Below are positions 18,501-23,259 of a stretch of 23,259 nt of DNA, in pieces (position 1 is the stretch's first letter; each line of letters starts with the position of its first letter). The stretch is taken from contig NQJD01000038.1 in assembly GCA_004284765.1 (NCBI GenBank), positions 1 to 23,259 of the forward strand. Direction: 5' to 3'. A program made the position numbers and the translations under genes. Under the pieces are notes generated by a model that was not told the origin of the DNA, searched no databases, and saw only the letters and a program-made list of their open reading frames with translations. This DNA is from Candidatus Electronema aureum (GTDB taxonomy: Bacteria > Desulfobacterota > Desulfobulbia > Desulfobulbales > Desulfobulbaceae).

Positions 18501-18772
18501 AAAAACATGGTGATGAATTTCCAGAATTTAATAACGCAAAAGAATATGTTGAGGGGGCAAAAAAATTTATTTCTGATCCTCCAAAAGGAACTATTTCAGT
18601 AGATATGAAAAATGGAGGTAAAATGTTTTACAATCAAGAAACTAATACTTTTGCTATTTCAAATAGTGAAGGTGTTCCTGAAACGATGTTTAAACCTGAT
18701 GTTTCTGATCATGGTTTAAACGATAATATGGCATATTGGCTTCAGGAAGTAGCTAAGTGGGGAGTTAAGTGA
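12554..18772 (+). CDS. Rhs/YD-repeat polymorphic toxin with an N-terminal signal peptide (WapA-like architecture)
   Basis: GGAGA ribosome-binding site. Hydrophobic leader ending VALAC. Tandem Ig-like N-terminal domains. Rhs plug-like GHPVTTYTGNF...FITRAYNS. Dozens of YxYDxxGN repeats. Core end GKEFDENTGLVWFGARHYEPETGVWMGQD...YYDPDGKNPL. Stop is TGA at 18770-18772. Confidence 0.95.
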   Translation: MSKQPASFRSLWSFLPVSILFLLTIYEGVALACTPKIVWVADNNIPNVIEAGTAVTFKWEVVNKSSCNATDLRVAFYSTSLESPTADFGGDNNPSFSLKPWEKGIIEAKMPIAPKEIEKYFELKFDIVKADGTPLVPLALGRLGAEFTIIPLTEPPPTQSCTANLVWEEPKYDAKKVAPSVPVLFVWTVTNISTDCDAINYSPVFFYAEPSSQTANYNGTSHPHFDAKRGKTVQIQANVLLTPAEEGKYKAVFNIYDHNGDALPVSGEKEPLYAEFEVSKSIPPPKEPCDSVLAPVVQSVDLVQLGNDGKVLVTANVTNSSGELTVTLDLNGKTYTMSKLNSGAYGATGEGNKAGKNDYTVTAGNGCKFHGLDFVDGVLSSYNMGTCCQDADMSCKNQRKCGRSQFAASKGHPVTTYTGNFAETLTDGAVAGIGDADLFITRAYNSAAALADAASVYRHTEAGREKVAGPPQYFGTGWSSNLDSFLLAMDYAPLYEGVQIRFPDGHTQNFEKSGSSYKSSTPDNFDELTKEGNNFVLKRKSSLETWSFGSDGKLLQTSDQNGNKVAYTYGGGCLEKISSGSRAVTFTCDAKGHITKAQLPENIVISYEYNDDLLTAMTDGRGNKTQYTYDENKQLTKISTPLGTPSVQMSYDDRYRVSSQTVGESELYAFAYQGEDAAESTTITDSYGNATVQKHDEKGRQVEITHPDGTTEEFKHDDHNSRTYYKDPAGGEYSYTYDDKGNMLALDGPLGLHKEWSYSQSNLVTATTEKVDDTKNRKFTFEYDAKGNLSKFCLPLQNCGTVTYTAAGLPEKLTDLRGNISVNAYNAEGDLVSVTDPEGAVTKFSHDGLGRTVGKTKPLGNAYRYAYDQNSNLTAVDGPLGFHMGYSYDANNNLAESTDPNGGKKRYTYTASGSMSSEQNQLGFVTSFAYGLMNERTGMTDAEGRQWSYAYDSMLRVKEVSGPLGHRQGFVYNALGMITDATDPEGSVKHVEYDALGRPLAVTKNYVAGAGDSSDTNITTQFSYDLLGNRLSVTDPEGYQFSAEYDLQSRLVKRRDAENYEWEYSYDPMGNLLAELNPRGYSTAYTYTPANRLQSVTNPEQHTKTLVWNANGKLVSIKDPLGTVTAYGYDSLDRKTAKIMNYKPSFAPDSQTNVTTKFAYDLAGNLRYITNPLNYKAEIRYDAAQRKTEQINFEGGRTKFAYDKVGNLLKVTDAKGNSTSYTVDELDRLTAVTNAENETTGYAYDLVGNRTQLVEPDGTVTLYEFDGVYRLNKVHENYRPDQGTGNDVNAVTAYGYDRRGLLTSTVNPNGAETKFEHNGVEKLVKEVDPLGKVWEYAYDGNRNRTSRKDAKGDLTEYEFYPDDMLEQISYADGSSVSYEYDPNNNRTGMTDKLGTTSWSFDPLNRTTQQKDPFERILQYRYDADSNRIGMTYPDGNKVAYQYSPNSWLKKMTDPKGQVITYSRDLVGNTTKITNPNKTETTVAYDKVYRTLQRVNRQTTNGGKINSAYWHSYNKLGNITKTMNQYGWRKPSVVQETYSYDGLHRLAGFSLYPLQNNGGRVTETWNYDPAGNRLSWKTNDDLQSNTPFDAFSRTYEYNEASQMLAVAHDAGKKSKNFAYEYSYDENGNRINRQLEDANGPQYGADYSYDPENRLVEVQDYQLTGKNGKNRIDRAVTSLEYDGGGRRLVQHYDPKNGGNGVDKRDEYVFDGLDPVAEYDKLNGQRTDYYRGEGGDIALMHQYKGGTQGQMYWYHYNQKKDVVGLTKQNGNSHHNYRYDVYGAVLPENGNFTDPHNHYTLTGKEFDENTGLVWFGARHYEPETGVWMGQDNFRGILDIPMTLHRYQYNYNNTVNYYDPDGKNPLIVIGAIIAGVFLNDINIAKSLDKGQKIDGESVNLIEEVLDEIPIYKDIPDGAKFAAEILYTKGSNLKNPKKTKSIYKSSKKIWKKYEQYCIDKGNEIKKEIKSIWNSTKKKTSVESAFNHWKKHGDEFPEFNNAKEYVEGAKKFISDPPKGTISVDMKNGGKMFYNQETNTFAISNSEGVPETMFKPDVSDHGLNDNMAYWLQEVAKWGVK
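18125..18769 (+). other. Variable C-terminal toxin tip of the Rhs protein (about 215 aa after the DPDG motif)
   Basis: The sequence turns abruptly AT-rich from about 18040. There is a hydrophobic stretch LIVIGAIIAGVFL and a Lys-rich linker. The final domain reads AFNHWKKHGDEFPEF...AKKFI...GGKMFYNQETNTFAISNSEGVPETMFKP, which from memory is reminiscent of colicin D/BECR-type RNase tips. This is unverified. Confidence 0.6.
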
Positions 18773-18829
18773 TTTGACTTTCAATATAATTTGATAGAAT
18801 GGAAATATTTATTTTGTAATAAATATAAT

Positions 18830-19141
18830 ATGAATAACAACAGATTGACTACAGCATGGTACTGTAGGGTTTGTGGCTTGAATCAAAATTATATTCATTG
18901 GGATGTTGATAAACAACTTCCACCTACTTATGATTTTTGTGATTGTTGTAATGCTCAGTTTGGTTATAATGATTCAAATAATATAGCTATATCTATTTAT
19001 AGAAAAAGATGGATTGATTCTGGAGCTGAATGGAGCAATAGAACCAGAAGAATGGAAGAATGGAATCTTAAGGAACAATTAAAGAATATTCCTGATGAAT
19101 ATAGAGATAATTTTGTATTATCTTTGATTTCTGAGAAATAA
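18830..19141 (+). CDS. Putative cognate immunity protein, Cys-rich (zinc-ribbon-like)
   Basis: It lies immediately downstream of the toxin tip and has the same AT-rich composition. C-x2-C (CRVC) and C-x-C-C (CDCC) pairs sit 23 residues apart. The ATG at 18830 is preferred to the TTG at 18791. Stop is TAA. Confidence 0.55.
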   Translation: MNNNRLTTAWYCRVCGLNQNYIHWDVDKQLPPTYDFCDCCNAQFGYNDSNNIAISIYRKRWIDSGAEWSNRTRRMEEWNLKEQLKNIPDEYRDNFVLSLISEK

Positions 19142-19187
19142 TTATTTAACCTTCGTGATAATTACGATTATTCGCCGCCTGCGAATG

Positions 19188-19610
19188 TCAAAAAGGTTTC
19201 CACGGATTGATTATCACCTGATGACTCGGTGCAAAATCATCCTCATTTCGTGTTACAACCACCATTTGATGAGCTGATGCCGTAGCAGCAATATATCCGT
19301 CAATAACAGACATCCGTTGTCCTGCTTCCTCTGCCATAGCTTGCAGGATTCCCCATGCTTCAGCTATAGCACGATCAACAGGGATAATCCGATCACTGTA
19401 ATCGGCTAAAAGCATTTCAAACCAGCCCGATAGCCGAGTTTTCTTCTTTGAGTCAGGCATTCTTGCAATGCCTCGTTTCACCTCGCCAATCGTGAGAGCA
19501 CTTAAAAAAAGATGCTCGGAAGGAACCGATGCGAGCCAGTTCATTACTGCCTTATTTGGAACTGGTCTCACCAATTCAGAAATTATGCAGGTATCGAGCA
19601 GATAATTCAT
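19188..19610 (-). CDS. vapC: VapC PIN-domain toxin
   Basis: MNYLLDTCIISELVRP...TRNEDDF shows the PIN acidic residues in the usual order. ATGA overlap with the upstream antitoxin. Stop is TGA. Confidence 0.9.
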   Translation of the reverse strand: MNYLLDTCIISELVRPVPNKAVMNWLASVPSEHLFLSALTIGEVKRGIARMPDSKKKTRLSGWFEMLLADYSDRIIPVDRAIAEAWGILQAMAEEAGQRMSVIDGYIAATASAHQMVVVTRNEDDFAPSHQVIINPWKPF

Positions 19611-19861
19611 AGATCAAGCTCCCGTGGATATTCCTGTTGCCGTTGAAACGGATCGTCAGCATCAAGTTTGGGACAGCTTAACAGAAATTCTGTAAATGAT
19701 TGTTTATGCGATGTTAATTTTTCATAATCACGGACTGAAAGCAAAACTGCCGTAGCAACACCCCGCCGTAGAACATATTGCGGTCCTTGTGTCAGAGCTT
19801 CATTGACGAACTGACTGAATTTATTCTTTGCATCCTGAAGTTTCCAGTTTGTTTTGATCAT
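19607..19861 (-). CDS. Phd/YefM-family antitoxin paired with VapC
   Basis: MIKTNWKLQDAKNKFSQFVNEALTQGPQYVLRRGVATAVLLSVRDYEKL. The start at 19861 is preferred to the long track ORF. Stop is TGA. Confidence 0.85.
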   Translation of the reverse strand: MIKTNWKLQDAKNKFSQFVNEALTQGPQYVLRRGVATAVLLSVRDYEKLTSHKQSFTEFLLSCPKLDADDPFQRQQEYPRELDL

Positions 19862-19996
19862 GCTTTTTCTCCAGTTAAGGGGGAATTCATCTAGGTAGGC
19901 TAGCTGAAAAAGGTATCGCCTGTCAAGTTCCAAATGGGGAACACGATACAAAGCCACCCCTTGCCTTTTGTGTTGCACCTGTGCTACACTGCTGTT

Positions 19997-20248
19997 ATGA
20001 AGACCGCAACCATACACACACGAATAGAGCCTGAAATTAAAAATCAGGCGGAACAAATCCTAAGTCGGCTTGGACTCACCCACACCGAGGCAATAGGGAT
20101 ATTTTACCGTCAAATATGCCTTGGCAACGGGCTTCCTTTCCCTGTGGAGATACCCAACAAATGCACCGCCGAGACACTGGCAAAAAGCAGTCGTGGCGAG
20201 GAAGTGAAGACTTTTGCCAGCCTTGAAGAGATGTTTGAGACTTGGTAG
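19997..20248 (+). CDS. dinJ: DinJ/RelB-family antitoxin
   Basis: MKTATIHTRIEPEIKNQAEQILSRLGLTHTEAIGIFYRQI is a typical DinJ N-terminus. Stop TAG lies 2 nt before the toxin ATG. Confidence 0.85.
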   Translation: MKTATIHTRIEPEIKNQAEQILSRLGLTHTEAIGIFYRQICLGNGLPFPVEIPNKCTAETLAKSSRGEEVKTFASLEEMFETW

Positions 20249-20250
20249 GC

Positions 20251-20520
20251 ATGAAAAAAGTATCTCAAACCCGCCAGTTTCTAAGGGATGTTAAAAAGGC
20301 TGCAAAACGGGGGAAGGACTTAAACAAACTCAAGCGGATTGTTTCACTCCTTGCAAAAGGCGAACCGCTTGAAGCCAGTTGCAGAGATCACAGTCTAACG
20401 GGGCAATGGAAGCCGTCCCGTGACTGCCATATTGAACCCGATTGGATTCTTATTTATACAGCAGATGAAGAAAATTTGCTTTTAGAGAGAACAGGCACCC
20501 ACAGTGATCTTTTCAGGTGA
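20251..20520 (+). CDS. yafQ: YafQ-family mRNA interferase toxin
   Basis: RDHSLTGQWKPSRDCHIEPDWILIYTADEENLLLERTGTHSDLF matches the YafQ signature. Stop is TGA. Confidence 0.85.
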   Translation: MKKVSQTRQFLRDVKKAAKRGKDLNKLKRIVSLLAKGEPLEASCRDHSLTGQWKPSRDCHIEPDWILIYTADEENLLLERTGTHSDLFR

Positions 20521-20781
20521 GATTTGAAAAAATTATTATTCTGATTTTCTCAAGCAGTCATTCTTTCTTCTCTTCTTTTCAAAGTAGCAAAGCAAGTCGT
20601 CCTGCCGTCACTGGTTCAGATCGTCTCCCCCACCTCCTCCAAGCCGTCCTTTTCAGCCCTCCAACCACTCCGTCAAAGCCTCTTTTGTTTCTATGCCCCG
20701 TAAAAGGCTCATACAAGCCTGTCACAGCCTTTTTTTGTGGTGAGCAGTACCTTTCCATGCCCAGTGGTGAAAATCACTTAG

Positions 20782-20804
20782 AAGCCCCATAGCGGGCTTT
20801 TTTT
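20782..20804 (+). terminator. Rho-independent terminator
   Basis: Stem AAGCCC/GGGCTT with a 6-nt loop, followed by a T7 run. Confidence 0.6.
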
Positions 20805-20810
20805 GAGGGA

Positions 20811-20836
20811 CAAGGAAAACAGGACTGTTTTCCTTG
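20811..20836 (-). other. Near-perfect hairpin downstream of Rep3
   Basis: CAAGGAAAACAG-GA-CTGTTTTCCTTG has 12-nt complementary arms. No clear U-run on the minus strand. Confidence 0.4.
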
Positions 20837-20896
20837 CCTACCGCCCCGCCTGTTCCCGTCCGCCGAACGGCTGACAAAGCACCCCCTGCAAGGTGA

Positions 20897-21841
20897 TCAA
20901 CCTTGCTCTGCCTGTTGTTTCTTCTGCTCCTGTTCCCGCTCGTCCAAAAACTTGATGTATGCCCCTTGAACCATTAAAGCACGACCGTACTCAAGATAAA
21001 ATTTATAAATAAATTCATCATGTACTTTTGCATGTTCTAAAAATTCATTAAATATTTTCCTATCTAATTCCGCTGTTTCAACCTCCTCATAAGATGATTG
21101 ATTTGTTGTTTCTGGTTTAGTCTTAACAATTGATTTATCTGTATTGTTGTCTAACTCAATAATTATAAATTTTATAACCGCAATTTTCCTACCTTCCCTT
21201 TCTGTTTCAAGTTCAAAAGAAATATCAGATTTATATTTCCCTTTCTCGTTTTTCTCATCAAACTCTTTCTTTGCCTGATTTAAAATCCATTTCTTGAAAT
21301 CTTTATATTCTTTATACTGATTTTCCTTTAAACCAAGAATTTCCCTTAATTCATCAACTCTAAATTTTCTCCAACCAATATTTTTATACTGGCAAAGAAG
21401 CTGATAAATTCGTACAGAATAGATACTTTGAAATTGTGTAAGTCGGTTAAGATTTATAATTGTAAAATGAGACTTTAATTGTAATAAATATGGTTTCATA
21501 AAAGGGTCAAACCTAAAATAGACTATCTTGTTTTTATAGTCGTGATCACAAAAAGAAACCCAATGTGTAATTTTAAGTCTTTTTTCTTCTTTTATATAAA
21601 TAATCCTTTGCATTAAACGAACTGTAATTTTTTTCATTTGATGATGGATATTTTCAATATCCATGTTCATAAGATATGACAATTCTTTAAAAGATATTTC
21701 GTATGTATGAAAATCTTTATCGTCTTTTTGTATCTTTGATACCATAGCTAAAATAAGCCGTTGCTCACTTGTTGTTAAAGTGTATTTTGATTCAATTAAC
21801 TTGTTTGATTGAACAACAAACTTAGGAGCATTTGCCGTCAT
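20897..21841 (-). CDS. Rep_3/RepB-family replication initiator Rep3 (314 aa, standard code)
   Basis: VVQSNKLIESKYTLTTSEQRLILAMVSKI and FRFDPFMKPYLLQLKSHFTIINLNRLTQFQSIYSVRIYQLL are Rep_3 patterns. Stop is TGA at 20897-20899, and no TAA/TAG follows in at least the next ~40 in-frame codons I translated. Confidence 0.9.
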   Translation of the reverse strand: MTANAPKFVVQSNKLIESKYTLTTSEQRLILAMVSKIQKDDKDFHTYEISFKELSYLMNMDIENIHHQMKKITVRLMQRIIYIKEEKRLKITHWVSFCDHDYKNKIVYFRFDPFMKPYLLQLKSHFTIINLNRLTQFQSIYSVRIYQLLCQYKNIGWRKFRVDELREILGLKENQYKEYKDFKKWILNQAKKEFDEKNEKGKYKSDISFELETEREGRKIAVIKFIIIELDNNTDKSIVKTKPETTNQSSYEEVETAELDRKIFNEFLEHAKVHDEFIYKFYLEYGRALMVQGAYIKFLDEREQEQKKQQAEQG

Positions 21842-21933
21842 TGTAACACCTTTAGCTTTTTTTGTATGAAAAATACTGAAACGGCTTTTATCTTACATCG
21901 GTGGAGAATGCTTGGCAAGTCTCCTCTCTATTT

Positions 21934-22061
21934 TCATGTTTTTTTCTCCACCTTTTTAAAAAGTGGAGATAGTTTAGCTATTCTCCACCTATGCTGTTTC
22001 ATGTTTTTTTCTCCACCGTATCCATGTTTTTTTCTCCACCTTTCATGTTTTTTTCTCCACC
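21934..22061. repeat. Iteron array for Rep3
   Basis: (T/C)CATGTTTTTTTCTCCACC at 21934, 21999, 22022 and 22043. Half-sites TTCTCCACC at 21981 and inverted GGTGGAGAA near 21900 and 21963. Confidence 0.85.
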
Positions 22062-22117
22062 TTTAGCTTTTTTCCCTCTGTTATTTCAGATAGTTACAGT
22101 ATCGTAAATCTTTTAAA

Positions 22118-22160
22118 AAAGAAAAACACACACACAAAGTGTGTGTGTGTGTTTTTCTTT
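22118..22160. terminator. Long A-tract/(CA)n - (GT)n/T-tract hairpin, bidirectional terminator-like
   Basis: AAAGAAAA(AC)5 pairs with (GT)5TTTTCTTT. There are A-runs 5' and T-runs 3' of the stem. Confidence 0.6.
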
Positions 22161-22563
22161 CACTTTAAAAGGGGAAAAATGGTTGCTTCGCAACTTGAAC
22201 AGGAGCCGTGCTTGAGGCACGGCAGGGGGGCTATCGCCCCCCGAAAAGTGTTGCGACTGCTCGTCGCAAACGGAAACAGAACTTTCTTTGAAAGAGGGAT
22301 GAAAATCTTGCCGTCCGTCTCCTCCTCAAGCCTCCCGCCCTGTACATGCTCTAAAAGGAGGCATACAAACCCGCTACAGCCTCTTTCAAAACAAAGAGGT
22401 ACTCTGGAATGCCTCAGCTTCAAAAAACAAAACATGACCCAGTGGAGAGCTTTTTTGGAGGTATGTACAAAAACAGCCCTGATCCCGTCTCCTGCGGTTC
22501 GTATCAGCCAAACTCCCGCCAGAGGAAGCGGACAGCCTCACTCTCTGGTAAAAATGAGAAGAA

Positions 22564-22606
22564 GCCCTTTGTTTCCTCGCTTTTGAAAGCGAAAGAAAAC
22601 AAGGCT
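22564..22606 (-). terminator. Extended imperfect hairpin downstream of the minus-strand small gene
   Basis: Inner stem TCGCTTT/AAAGCGA, outer pairing CCTTTGTTT/AAAACAAGG. On the minus strand it is followed by TTCTTCTCATTTTT. Confidence 0.45.
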
Positions 22607-22626
22607 TGCTCATTTTTACACGGAAA

Positions 22627-22809
22627 TTACCTCGGATCAAATCACTTTTCAGCCAAAGACTCTTTTATTTTCACTCAAGCAGTCTGTATTAGATATGCCT
22701 CGTCATCACTTTTTGCATTATTCCTGTAATTGTGGAAAGAAACCCTTTTTAGGAACTCAGAAAAAGCCTCTGCCTCCTTATCAGTTAAGGAAATTGAAAA
22801 TTTAACCAT
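22627..22809 (-). CDS. Small conserved-looking plasmid protein (60 aa under code 25)
   Basis: ATG at 22809, TGA at 22675-22677 and 22642-22644, stop TAA at 22627-22629. The translation reads MVKFSISLTDKEAEAFSEFLKRVSFHNYRNNAKSDDEAYLIQTA-G-VKIKESLAEK-G-FDPR. The ending GFxPR resembles a small plasmid/ICE protein family I recall only loosely. Confidence 0.6.
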
Positions 22810-22833
22810 GAAAAAACATATTAAAAAATAAAT

Positions 22834-23013
22834 CTATTTTCTCCTTTTTCTTATATCATCAAGAATAAGTCCCCTGATTCTATCCGCCACTTTTTCCAGA
22901 GGTTTGAAAGTCTCTATAAAAGCCTCATACTCGCTCTCAGTCAAGTATACAGCAAGCCTTTTATCTTTCTTCTGTGTTTTCTCCTTAGCTGTTGATTTAG
23001 CAGGTATATTCAC
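22834..23013 (-). CDS. Ribbon-helix-helix protein, ParG-like centromere-binding candidate
   Basis: KRLAVYLTESEYEAFIETFKPLEKVADRIRGLILDDIRKRRK fits an RHH strand-helix-helix pattern, with a Lys-rich N-terminal tail. A GTG start at 23013 is assumed. The frame is open further upstream but has no ATG. Confidence 0.55.
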   Translation of the reverse strand: MNIPAKSTAKEKTQKKDKRLAVYLTESEYEAFIETFKPLEKVADRIRGLILDDIRKRRK

Positions 23014-23036
23014 CGTCTTTTTCGCCCCCTTTTGGT

Positions 23037-23117
23037 CTATATAAAGTCAATGGTCGTTTTATCACCCATTTTCTCCGCTGTTTTCTCAAACAAACTGTCA
23101 AATTTATCATGTGCCAT
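23037..23117 (-). CDS. 26-codon ORF directly after the native parA stop, possibly the frameshifted 5' part of the parG-like gene
   Basis: ATG at 23117 lies 2 nt after the reconstructed parA TAA. It encodes MAHDKFDSLFEKTAEKMGDKTTIDFI then TAG. The RHH frame is offset by one nucleotide. Confidence 0.35.
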   Translation of the reverse strand: MAHDKFDSLFEKTAEKMGDKTTIDFI

Positions 23118-23126
23118 AATTAAAAC

Positions 23127-23134
23127 TTATCCAA
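23127..23134. repeat. Target-site duplication copy TTATCCAA
   Basis: Identical to 118-125 and abuts the IS terminus at 23135. Confidence 0.7.
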
Positions 23135-23259
23135 CTCACCTTACGCAACAAGCCTTACAGGATTCAGTTGAAGCAAGGCAACGTAAGCCGATTGAAGGGC
23201 TTTCAGGTAGAGCTTGGATTTGAGTGCAAAGTGATTGATCTGAGTTGAGCGTTTGAGCA
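23135..23259 (-). mobile_element. IS end distal to the transposase start. It holds the 3' end of the transposase gene, which enters from the right edge of the window.
   Basis: Terminal repeat CTCACCTTACGCA at 23135-23147. The minus-strand frame reads ...LKRSTQINHFALKSKLYLKALQSAYVALLQLNPVRLVA and stops at a TAA (23141-23143) inside the terminal repeat. Confidence 0.7.

Noticed and set aside
19607-20248. Long 5' extensions of the track ORFs 19607-20056 (-) and 19934-20248 (+), and similarly 2001-2342 and 4626-5789
   Set aside because: The family-typical N-termini begin at internal ATGs (19861, 19997, 2288, 5708). The extensions overlap the divergent promoter or operator regions and have implausible sequence.
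20517-20792. ORF 20517-20792 (+) downstream of yafQ
   Set aside because: The translation is Ser/Pro-rich low complexity with no ATG start (GTG is used in the track). The region is better explained as non-coding sequence that ends in a terminator at 20782-20804.
21934-22061. CRISPR-like repeat arrays at 3816-3930, 5920-5981 and 21934-22061
   Set aside because: The repeats are 13-19 bp with 2-4 bp gaps at about a 22-bp period, and each array sits beside a Rep_3 gene. These are classic iterons, not repeat-spacer arrays.
22203-22224. Group II intron domain V-like hairpin GAGCCGTGC-TTGAG-GCACGGC
   Set aside because: The stem is only about 7 bp and lacks the characteristic bulge. No reverse transcriptase/maturase ORF and no other intron domains are nearby.
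22143-22729. ORFs 22143-22586 (+), 22160-22435 (-), 22386-22640 (-) and 22409-22729 (+)
   Set aside because: These mutually overlapping ORFs lie in a stem-loop-dense region and give low-complexity translations. I treat the region as non-coding.

Overview
The window looks like a mobilizable, multi-replicon plasmid, and its two ends appear to close into a circle. Both edges carry opposite ends of one IS: 13-bp terminal inverted repeats and an 8-bp direct repeat TTATCCAA. Removing the IS restores the 3' end of parA.

Contents:
- parA, a centromere-like palindrome cluster and an RHH parG-like gene.
- Three Rep_3 (RepB-family) initiators, each next to its own distinct iteron array.
- Four clear toxin-antitoxin pairs plus one doubtful, degenerate pair.
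- A Bacteroides-type Toprim primase, an H-NS-like protein and an oriT-like region.
- mobC, a relaxase, a type IV coupling protein and a membrane-anchored J-domain protein.
- A 2072-aa signal-peptide Rhs/YD-repeat polymorphic toxin with an AT-rich C-terminal tip and a Cys-rich putative immunity gene.

The main finding is that the supplied standard-code ORF track fragments several AT-rich genes. Rep1, the primase, RelB/RelE, ParE and several small ORFs become full-length only if in-frame TGA is read through. The TGAs fall on conserved glycine positions (RelE RVG-YR, Toprim EG), which indicates genetic code 25 as used by Gracilibacteria/Absconditabacteria.

Other genes contain no TGA at all: parA, Rep2, mobC, the relaxase core, the coupling protein and the J-domain gene. 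A more GC-rich block (Rhs core, vapBC, dinJ-yafQ, Rep3) uses TGA as an ordinary stop. The replicon therefore looks like a mosaic that spans a genetic-code boundary.

All calls rest on reading the sequence and on remembered family motifs. No database search was run.
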